Shown here: positions 57,350 through 64,000 of the stretch, piece by piece
Numbering within the stretch: the first letter of the stretch is position 1
Layout of the letters: each line of letters opens with the position of its first letter
DNA from: Hyalangium minutum
GTDB taxonomy: Bacteria > Myxococcota > Myxococcia > Myxococcales > Myxococcaceae
Assembly: GCF_000737315.1 (NCBI RefSeq)
Contig: NZ_JMCB01000006.1
Location: 868,001-932,000 of the forward strand
Reading direction: 5' to 3'
Length of the DNA: 64,000 bases
Notes under the pieces: model-generated
Database searches by the model: none
What the model was told of the DNA's origin: nothing
What the model saw: only the letters and a program-made list of their open reading frames with translations
Made by a program: the position numbers and the translations under genes

Positions 57350-57922
57350 ATGTCCTTTGAGAAAGCCCTTCGAGAGATGATTCGCCGCGAGCTGAGCAGC
57401 CAGCTCGGGCCGCTGCAGAAGTCCGTGCTCCAGCTGGAGCGCGGGCTGTCGTCGCTGCAGACCTTGCGCGAGGTGACGGCGCAGCTGGCCCCGCTGCTCG
57501 GGGAGAGAGGCCGCCAGGTGGCGCTCCGGCACGTCCAGGCACAGGCCCCTGTTCCGCGCACCCCGCCCGCGGCCCGGGCTCCGGCGGCCGCTGCCCCCCG
57601 GGCCAAGGCCGCTCCTGCTGCCCCCGCTGCTTCCTCCGCGGAGCGGCTCTGCGCGGTGAAGGGCTGCAAGCGGCCGAGCCGTTCCAAGGGCTACTGCTCG
57701 GCGCACTACCAGAAGCTGCGCCTGCTGATCCGCACGAACCGCCGCCCGGCTGACTGGGTGGATGATGCGTCGCCGCAGTCCGCACTGGAGGTGAAGCTGC
57801 CTCGAGGCCGCGCCGGCGCGAAGGAGCTGAAGGAGGCCGCGCCCGCCACGCCGCGTGAGCCGCCCAAGCCCAAGGCCTGGGTGCGCAAGAAGGGCAACGC
57901 GGGCATGGTCTCCCTGCACTGA
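57350..57922 (+). CDS. VegA-like basic protein: coiled coil, Ala/Pro linker, CCCH zinc finger
   Basis: CAVKGCKRPSRSKGYCSAHYQKLR and LPRGR motifs, typical of myxobacterial 'vegetative/cell wall' proteins. Confidence 0.8.
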   Translation: MSFEKALREMIRRELSSQLGPLQKSVLQLERGLSSLQTLREVTAQLAPLLGERGRQVALRHVQAQAPVPRTPPAARAPAAAAPRAKAAPAAPAASSAERLCAVKGCKRPSRSKGYCSAHYQKLRLLIRTNRRPADWVDDASPQSALEVKLPRGRAGAKELKEAAPATPREPPKPKAWVRKKGNAGMVSLH

Positions 57923-57999
57923 GCGCGTGCCGGGGCCTCCCCGACATGACAGGTCACACGGCCGTTGACAGACCTGCCGGGGGATGGGATTCGGACGCC

Positions 58000-58518
58000 A
58001 TGAGCGAGTATCCGGTCTACGTGGCGGTGCGGCGCCCCGATGGGCGCGTGGAGCAGGTGCGTGTGGGAACCGCCGTCCAGCAGGACGACGGCTTCCAGCT
58101 GCGCATGGGCGAGCTCTTCATCGGTGGCACTCCGGACGCGGCCTCGGCGCCCGCCTCGGCGCCCCGGCGGTCCATGGGCGGTGGAGCCTCTGGCGGTGGA
58201 GCCTCTGGCGGTGGCGGGGGTGGAGATGGGGGCACGTTCCCCAACTACGGCCGCAGCAAGGGGGGCCCCATCCGCGGTGCCACCATGCAGGACCTGGAGT
58301 ACTACGCCAACGGCGCCCGGCGCTCGCTGGCGGACCCCAGCAAGTCGCGCTGGCATGACAAGGAGCGCGCGCTCCTGGCCTCCATCGAGGCGGAGATCGC
58401 CCGCCAGCGCGGGGGTGGCGGTGGCGGGGGTGGGGACGAGTACCCGAGCGGTGGCTCGTCGCCGGGGATGGGTGACAACGAGCCGCCTCCGCACACGGAC
58501 GACGACATTCCCTTCTAG
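58000..58518 (+). CDS. Hypothetical protein with Gly-rich linkers and SSB-type acidic tail
   Basis: Ends ...PPHTDDDIPF*; central FPNYGRSKG...LEYY domain. Confidence 0.8.
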   Translation: MSEYPVYVAVRRPDGRVEQVRVGTAVQQDDGFQLRMGELFIGGTPDAASAPASAPRRSMGGGASGGGASGGGGGGDGGTFPNYGRSKGGPIRGATMQDLEYYANGARRSLADPSKSRWHDKERALLASIEAEIARQRGGGGGGGGDEYPSGGSSPGMGDNEPPPHTDDDIPF

Positions 58519-60212
58519 TCGCAGGGCAGCCGCACGGTGAAGGTGGTGCCCAGGCCCGGGGCGCTCTCCACTGCCACGTCGCCCGAGTGGCTCTCGATGA
58601 TGCGCCGGACGATGGGCAGCCCCAGCCCGGTGCCCTGGGCCCGCGTGGTGAAGAACGGCTCGAAGATGCGCTGCTGAGTCTCCGGCGTCATGCCCACGCC
58701 GGTGTCGGAGATGGACAGCCTCAGGCGCGAGGCGCCCGCTCCCTGCTCGTGCTCGATGCGAATCTGGAGGTCGCCTCCCACGGGCATGGCCTGCAGGGCA
58801 TTGGTGAAGAGGTTGGACAGGGCCATGTGCAGCTGCTGCGCGTCCACCAGCGCTGGCGGCAGGCCCGGTGCCACCTGGCGCCGCACGGTGATGGGCACGC
58901 CGGTGTTCTGGGAGCGCAGCGCCGCGGAGAGTGCCTCTTCCACCAGGGGCTGGAGCGGCTCGGGGCGAGGTTGAGGCTGCGCGGGCCGGGCGAAGTCCAG
59001 CAGCCCGTGGATGAGCGCGTCCAGCCGCTGAACCTCCTCGCTCATGATGCCGAGCAGCTCCTGCTCCGGCGGGCTCGAGCGTTGGCTGGGCAGGCGGCGC
59101 AGGGTGGAGACGCAGTTGGCGATGGCGCCCAGGGGGTTGCGCACCTCGTGGGCCATGGTGGCGGCCAGCTCGCCCAGTGCCGCCATCCGCTCGCGCGCCA
59201 CCAGCTCCGACTGTGTCTTGGCGAGGATGTCCAACGACTGACGCAGCTCCTGGTTGAGCGCGGACACCTTGAGCTGGGCGCGGCGCCGCTCGCCGAGCGC
59301 GGCGGCCAGCAGCATGCCGGAGATGCTGATGGCTCCGAGGAACGACTGGAGCAGGAAGAGGCTCGGGGTGCCGTTCTCCGGATCCTCGGAGGAGGACGCG
59401 CGCACGCTCGGGGGCACGCCGGGCTCCGGCCGGGCGAAGGGGCCCAGGTCGCGGTCGGTGTGCCAGATGGCGACGGCCGAGAGGATCAGGGTGGCGGCGG
59501 TGGTGCCGTGGCCCTCGAAGCGCAGGGCGGCCCAGAGGATGAAGGGAAAGGCCAGGTAGATGAGGGGGTGAAAGGTCCACTGCTCCGAGAGCTTCACGCT
59601 GAAGATGGCGTCGGAGGCCAGGCCCAGCACCAGCACGAGCGCCCCCAGCTCCCACCGGCGCCGCGAGGGCCAGTCCTTGCAGTCCTGCAGCCAGATGAGC
59701 AGCAGCGGCGTGAGCACGAGGATGCCCATGGCATCGCTCAGCCAGACCACCTCCCAGGTCCGTCCGTACTGCTCCCAGGCGTCCGGCTTGGCCAGCGAGC
59801 GGAGGCCCACGGCGAGCTGCGAGGTCAGCAGAGCGCTCACCCCGGCGGCCAGCGTCACCAGCCCGATGACGTCGCGCACCCGGTGCAGATCGGTGCGGTG
59901 CCCCACGAAGCGCCGCATGAGAAAAGCGCCCAACACCCCCTCGAGTGCACCACAGGTGGAGCTCAGGAGGGTGAGCCACCAGGGCTGGTTCGGGTGGGGC
60001 GAAAGGGTCCCCAGCGCGATGGCCGCGAGGGCCACCACGGGCCAGTGACGGAGGCGGGTGACCAGCAGCGCCGCGAGCACGAGGCCACTGGGAAACCACA
60101 CGGGGGCGGCATGCACGGAGGGAAAGCACAGCTTGCGCCCTATCCACACCAGAGCCGGATACAGCAGGGCGAAGACCGCCAGGCGCGCCAGCGGGTGCCA
60201 GCGCCTCACCAT
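58515..60212 (-). CDS. MASE1-domain sensor histidine kinase
   Basis: PVWFPSGL, WLSDAMGIL, YLAFPFILWAALRF; MAHEVRNPL, NLFTNALQAM, DTGVGM, GTGLGL. Confidence 0.92.
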   Translation of the reverse strand: MVRRWHPLARLAVFALLYPALVWIGRKLCFPSVHAAPVWFPSGLVLAALLVTRLRHWPVVALAAIALGTLSPHPNQPWWLTLLSSTCGALEGVLGAFLMRRFVGHRTDLHRVRDVIGLVTLAAGVSALLTSQLAVGLRSLAKPDAWEQYGRTWEVVWLSDAMGILVLTPLLLIWLQDCKDWPSRRRWELGALVLVLGLASDAIFSVKLSEQWTFHPLIYLAFPFILWAALRFEGHGTTAATLILSAVAIWHTDRDLGPFARPEPGVPPSVRASSSEDPENGTPSLFLLQSFLGAISISGMLLAAALGERRRAQLKVSALNQELRQSLDILAKTQSELVARERMAALGELAATMAHEVRNPLGAIANCVSTLRRLPSQRSSPPEQELLGIMSEEVQRLDALIHGLLDFARPAQPQPRPEPLQPLVEEALSAALRSQNTGVPITVRRQVAPGLPPALVDAQQLHMALSNLFTNALQAMPVGGDLQIRIEHEQGAGASRLRLSISDTGVGMTPETQQRIFEPFFTTRAQGTGLGLPIVRRIIESHSGDVAVESAPGLGTTFTVRLPCD

Positions 60213-60334
60213 GAACTCAGTCTGCAAGGCGGGCCCCCCCCGGGCCGTGGCTACACTCTGAGTGTGGCACGGGGCTGCTTCACACGGGAAGTGGCCGAGG
60301 CAGGCGCTCGCGGTGGATGGTAAGACTGCGACCC

Positions 60335-61918
60335 ATGTCCTCGCCGCATTCACCGGGAGTGTTGAATTCTCCAGAAGGAAAGTCCCCAGATTCCGGGGGG
60401 TTGAGCGCTCCTCGAAGGACTGCGCTGCGGTGGGCCGTGAACGCGGCCGTGGCGCTGGTGGGAGCGCTGGTGGCGCTGCGGGCGGGCCGGTGGGTGGGCG
60501 CGCTGGGCACCAACACGGTGCTGGCCGCGCTGCCGGTGTTGCTCCTCGTGGTGGGGGTGCCTCCGCTCTCCGTGGTGGGTGCGGAGGCCTGGGTGGGCCC
60601 GCGCCTGGAGCCGGGGAGGCCGCGCTGGGGACGGGCGGTGGGAGCGGCCATCGCCGCCCAGGTGCTGATGCTGGTGGGCGCGGTGTGGGCGGGCGCCTCG
60701 GCGCGGAGGCTCGGGGACGTGGCGCTGCTGGCGTTGGTGGAGGCGGTGGTGCTGGCCACGGTGGTGACGAAGGTGGCCCGGCCGGCCGCGCTGGTGCTGC
60801 TCATGGCGCTCGTCTCGGTGCCGAGGCTGGCCGGGGCGGCGTGTCCGGAGCGCGCGGAGTGGCCCACGAAGGAGTGGTCCACCGGGACGCTGCCCGCCGG
60901 GCGCGAAGAGGCGCTCAAGGCCTTCGAGGACTACGCCTTCACGCTGGAGGGCCAGGACGAGGAGCGCAAGGGGGTGCGCACGGACGGGGTGGTGCTCATC
61001 CACCACGGGCGCCTGGTGTACGAGCGCTATGCGCGCGGCTTCAAGCCGGAGCAGCGGCACTTGGGCTGGTCCATGTCCAAGAGCGTGACGAACGCGTTCA
61101 CGGCGCTGGCGGTGGCCCACGGCGTGCTGACGCTGGACGACTCCATCTGCAAGCACGTGAAGGCGACGAACGAGGCCGCGTGCGCCATCACCGTGCGCCA
61201 CCTGCTCGAGTTCGGCTCGGGGCTGGATTGGAAGGAGGGCTACGAGAACGGCTCGCTGCAGACGTCCTCGGTGCTGGCGATGCTCTACGGCGAGGGGCGC
61301 CGGGACATGGTGGCCTTCATCACCGCGCACGCGCTGAGGGACAAGCCCGGCACGAGCTGGGAGTACTCCTCGGGAGACACCACACTGCTGGCCGGGGTGG
61401 TGGGCGCGGCGATGAAGCCCCGCTTCGGCGACGGGTGGGAGTGGAAGCTGCTGCTGGACAAGGTGGGCGTGCGCAGCGCGGTCTTCGAGCGCGATGGGAA
61501 GGGCGTGCTGGTGGGCTCCTCGCTGATGCACGCCACGCCGCGCGACTGGGCGAAGCTGGGCTTCTTCTTCCTCAATGATGGGTGCTGGGAGGGCGAGCGG
61601 CTGCTGCCCGAGGGGTGGATGGCCGCCTCGGTGGCTGTCTCCGAGCCCCTGAAGCAGAAGCGCGTGGACTGGGATCCGGGCGACGTGCAGGGCCGCCAGT
61701 TCTGGCTCAACCGCCGCGTGCCGGGCTTGCAGGACGAGAAGCCCTGGCCGGACGTCCCCGAGGAGGCCTTCGCCATGCGAGGCCACTGGAGCCAGTCCGT
61801 CACCCTCATCCCCTCGTTGGATCTGATCGTGGTGCGCATGGCGGATGACCGCAACCCAGGCTTCGACTTCAACACCTTCGTCAAGCGGGCCATCGCCCTG
61901 GTGGAGGGCACGCCATGA
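60335..61918 (+). CDS. Beta-lactamase-family serine hydrolase with N-terminal membrane segment
   Basis: WSMSKS (SxxK), WEYSSG (YxN-like), GHWSQ; start position uncertain. Confidence 0.85.
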   Translation: MSSPHSPGVLNSPEGKSPDSGGLSAPRRTALRWAVNAAVALVGALVALRAGRWVGALGTNTVLAALPVLLLVVGVPPLSVVGAEAWVGPRLEPGRPRWGRAVGAAIAAQVLMLVGAVWAGASARRLGDVALLALVEAVVLATVVTKVARPAALVLLMALVSVPRLAGAACPERAEWPTKEWSTGTLPAGREEALKAFEDYAFTLEGQDEERKGVRTDGVVLIHHGRLVYERYARGFKPEQRHLGWSMSKSVTNAFTALAVAHGVLTLDDSICKHVKATNEAACAITVRHLLEFGSGLDWKEGYENGSLQTSSVLAMLYGEGRRDMVAFITAHALRDKPGTSWEYSSGDTTLLAGVVGAAMKPRFGDGWEWKLLLDKVGVRSAVFERDGKGVLVGSSLMHATPRDWAKLGFFFLNDGCWEGERLLPEGWMAASVAVSEPLKQKRVDWDPGDVQGRQFWLNRRVPGLQDEKPWPDVPEEAFAMRGHWSQSVTLIPSLDLIVVRMADDRNPGFDFNTFVKRAIALVEGTP

Positions 61919-62232
61919 GGCGCGCGGTGCTCGCGGTGCTGCTCGGAGCCCTGGTGCCGGTGCTGGCCTCGTGCGAGAGCGCCGGCCGGCGGCGGTACGA
62001 GAACAATGACTTGGTGCTCGTGACGGCGTACACCGCCAAGGATGCGTGCACGTGCCTCTTCGTGATGGAGCGCGATGAGGCGTTCTGCCGCGCCTTCGTG
62101 AAGGCCAGCCCGTCCGTGGCCCAGCTCACCATCGACAGGGAGCGCAAGGCGGTGGAGACCTCGGCGGTGCTCCTGTGGGGCGCCCGGGCGCGCTACGTGG
62201 ACGCGCGCGACGGCTGCGTGCTGGAGCTCTGA
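61915..62232 (+). CDS. Small lipoprotein translationally coupled to the hydrolase
   Basis: LASC lipobox; AYTAKDACTCLFV; ATGA overlap. Confidence 0.8.
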   Translation: MRRAVLAVLLGALVPVLASCESAGRRRYENNDLVLVTAYTAKDACTCLFVMERDEAFCRAFVKASPSVAQLTIDRERKAVETSAVLLWGARARYVDARDGCVLEL

Positions 62233-62250
62233 GCCTCCCGCGGGGCTGGG

Positions 62251-64000
62251 TCAGCTGCCCTTCCACAGCCCGTGGCGGCGGGCCCTGCGCCCCAGGGTGA
62301 CAGCGTCCATGCCCAGCGCCACCGCCGCGCGCCGCAGCACGCCGTCGTGCTGCTCCAGCGCCTCGCGGATCAGCTCCCGCTCCATGTGCTCCATCCGCGC
62401 CTTCAGCGAGCCTCCTGTCCCCGTGTTCCCGGCTCGCGCGCCCACCAGGCTGGGAGGCAGCAGCCGCCGCGTCACCATCTCCCCCGGCTTGGACAGCAGC
62501 GCCGCGCGCTCCATCACGTTGCGCAGCTCGCGCGCGTTGCCCGGCCACGCGTACGCCACCAGCGCCTCCTCCGCATCCGCCGCGATGCCGCTCGCCGAGC
62601 GCTTCTGCGACCGGTTGAACAGCTCCAGGAAGTGCCGCGCCAGGGAGAGCACGTCCTCGGGCCGCTCCCGCAGCGGGGGCAAGTCGATGGTGAAGCTGTT
62701 GAGCCGGTAGAAGAGGTCCGCACGGAACCGCCCAGCGCGGACCTCCTGGCCCAAGTCTCTGTTGCTCGCCGCCACCACGCGCACATCCACGTGGCGCACC
62801 TGCGTGCCGCCCACCGGCCGCACATCCCCACCCTCCAGCACGCGCAGCAGCTTGGCCTGGAGGTTCGGCGTGGTGTTCTCGATTTCATCCAGGAAGATGG
62901 TGCCGCCATCGGCCAGCACGAACAGGCCCGGATGGTCCGCCACCGCGCCCGTGAAGGCGCCCTTCACGTGGCCAAAGAGCTCGCTCTCCAGCAGCGTCTC
63001 CGTGAGCGCGCCGCAGTCCTGCACCACCAGCGGCACATCCTCGCGCCCGCTCAGCCGGTGGATGATGCGCGACAGCACCTCCTTGCCCGTGCCCGTCTCG
63101 CCCTGCAGCAGCACCGCCACCCGGTGGGGCGCCGCCACGCGCACCAGCTCCATCACCCGCTGCATCGCCGGGCTGGAGAACCCCGGGCCCTCGCCCGCCG
63201 CCGGAGCCGGAGCCCCAGGCGTCCCGCTCATCAGCGCGCGCTCGCGCAGCAGGTTGCGCTCCAGCTCCAGGCCCATGCGCCGCTGCTCGGTGCGCACGCC
63301 GTGCTCGCGCCCCGCGTCCAGCACCGCTTGCCGCACCTCCTCCACCCCAAACGAGGGCCCCAGCGTCCGGAACAGGCTCCCCGAGTTGAACAGCTCCAGG
63401 AGCCGCTCCGGTGCCGCGGGGGCGCAGTGGACGATGCGCGCGGCCAAATCACTCGGCGGCGCGGCCCCCGTGGCATCCACCTCGTCCATCCGTCGCGAGG
63501 CCAGCTGCTCCACCAGCGACAGCGCCCGCACCTCGTCCGTGCCTGCCACCAGCAGCACCGCCACGTCTCCGCGCGCCAGCAGCGCGTACACCTCCGCGGG
63601 CGTCTGCGCGAAGCCCAGCCGCGCGTGCCCCTCCAGCGCCGTGCGCAAGGTGCGCGCCTGTTCCTCCGTCGCGAACGCCACCGCCACGTGCAGCGCGCTC
63701 TCCACCAGGTAGCGCGCCAGGGTGACGCGATCCGAGCCCTCGAAGGACAGGAAGGCCAGGCCGAGCGCCGTCACGGTGCCGCCCTCGGCGCCCTCCGTGT
63801 CGTGCCGCCACCGCACCACTCCGCGCACCCGGATGCGCGCATGGGAGTCCGGCAGCGAGAACGCCATCTCCAGCTCCTCGCCCTCCCGAGGCCCCTCCGT
63901 CGCACCGCCCAGAGGACTGGCCACCAGGCCGATCCCCGTCTCGCTGATGTTGACCGACCAGCACCCGTGCAGCGCGGGCTGCGTCACCACCTGCACGTAC
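62251..64000 (-). CDS. Sigma54-dependent activator with N-terminal PilZ domain; 5' end outside the window
   Basis: NISETG PilZ motif; GETGTGKE, ELFGHVKGAFTGA, FLDEI, FRADLFYRL, WPGNARELRN, C-terminal Fis HTH. Confidence 0.92.
   Translation of the reverse strand, partial: YVQVVTQPALHGCWSVNISETGIGLVASPLGGATEGPREGEELEMAFSLPDSHARIRVRGVVRWRHDTEGAEGGTVTALGLAFLSFEGSDRVTLARYLVESALHVAVAFATEEQARTLRTALEGHARLGFAQTPAEVYALLARGDVAVLLVAGTDEVRALSLVEQLASRRMDEVDATGAAPPSDLAARIVHCAPAAPERLLELFNSGSLFRTLGPSFGVEEVRQAVLDAGREHGVRTEQRRMGLELERNLLRERALMSGTPGAPAPAAGEGPGFSSPAMQRVMELVRVAAPHRVAVLLQGETGTGKEVLSRIIHRLSGREDVPLVVQDCGALTETLLESELFGHVKGAFTGAVADHPGLFVLADGGTIFLDEIENTTPNLQAKLLRVLEGGDVRPVGGTQVRHVDVRVVAASNRDLGQEVRAGRFRADLFYRLNSFTIDLPPLRERPEDVLSLARHFLELFNRSQKRSASGIAADAEEALVAYAWPGNARELRNVMERAALLSKPGEMVTRRLLPPSLVGARAGNTGTGGSLKARMEHMERELIREALEQHDGVLRRAAVALGMDAVTLGRRARRHGLWKGS

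Noticed and set aside
57965-57995. TTGACA -35 box upstream of the SSB-tail gene
   Set aside because: No acceptable -10 hexamer at 16-18 bp spacing.

Overview
GC-rich (about 70% by eye) chromosomal segment of a myxobacterium, most likely Cystobacterineae, judged from MYXO-CTERM, TraB-like OmpA proteins and SitA-like lipoproteins. About 50 real genes are present; most long antisense ORFs in the track are GC-rich shadows. Left to right: two tandem TraB-like OmpA/TSP3 proteins and an Ig-repeat MYXO-CTERM adhesin; a rearranged array of JAB-like lipoprotein plus partner-lipoprotein cassettes (one frameshifted, one reduced to a 3' relic) with a duplicated 5' end of the neighbouring MshEN-REC-adenylate cyclase gene between them; USP and small genes, including an amphipathic protein behind a sigma28-like promoter; a heme-copper oxidase operon whose subunit I lacks the canonical D- and K-channel residues; an Rpn-family nuclease with an internal RBS; a hybrid kinase; a LysM-C39-GH73 peptidoglycan hydrolase; thiD; a vWA lipoprotein divergent from an orphan pilY1; a lipoprotein REase toxin-immunity pair next to a decayed AHH toxin; Hpt/REC/GGDEF signalling genes; tkt; a VegA-like zinc-finger protein; a protein with an SSB-type DDDIPF tail; a MASE1 kinase; a serine hydrolase; and a PilZ-sigma54 activator cut by the right edge. 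I saw no rRNA, tRNA, CRISPR array or IS element. All family assignments come from motif recognition by eye, not from database searches.
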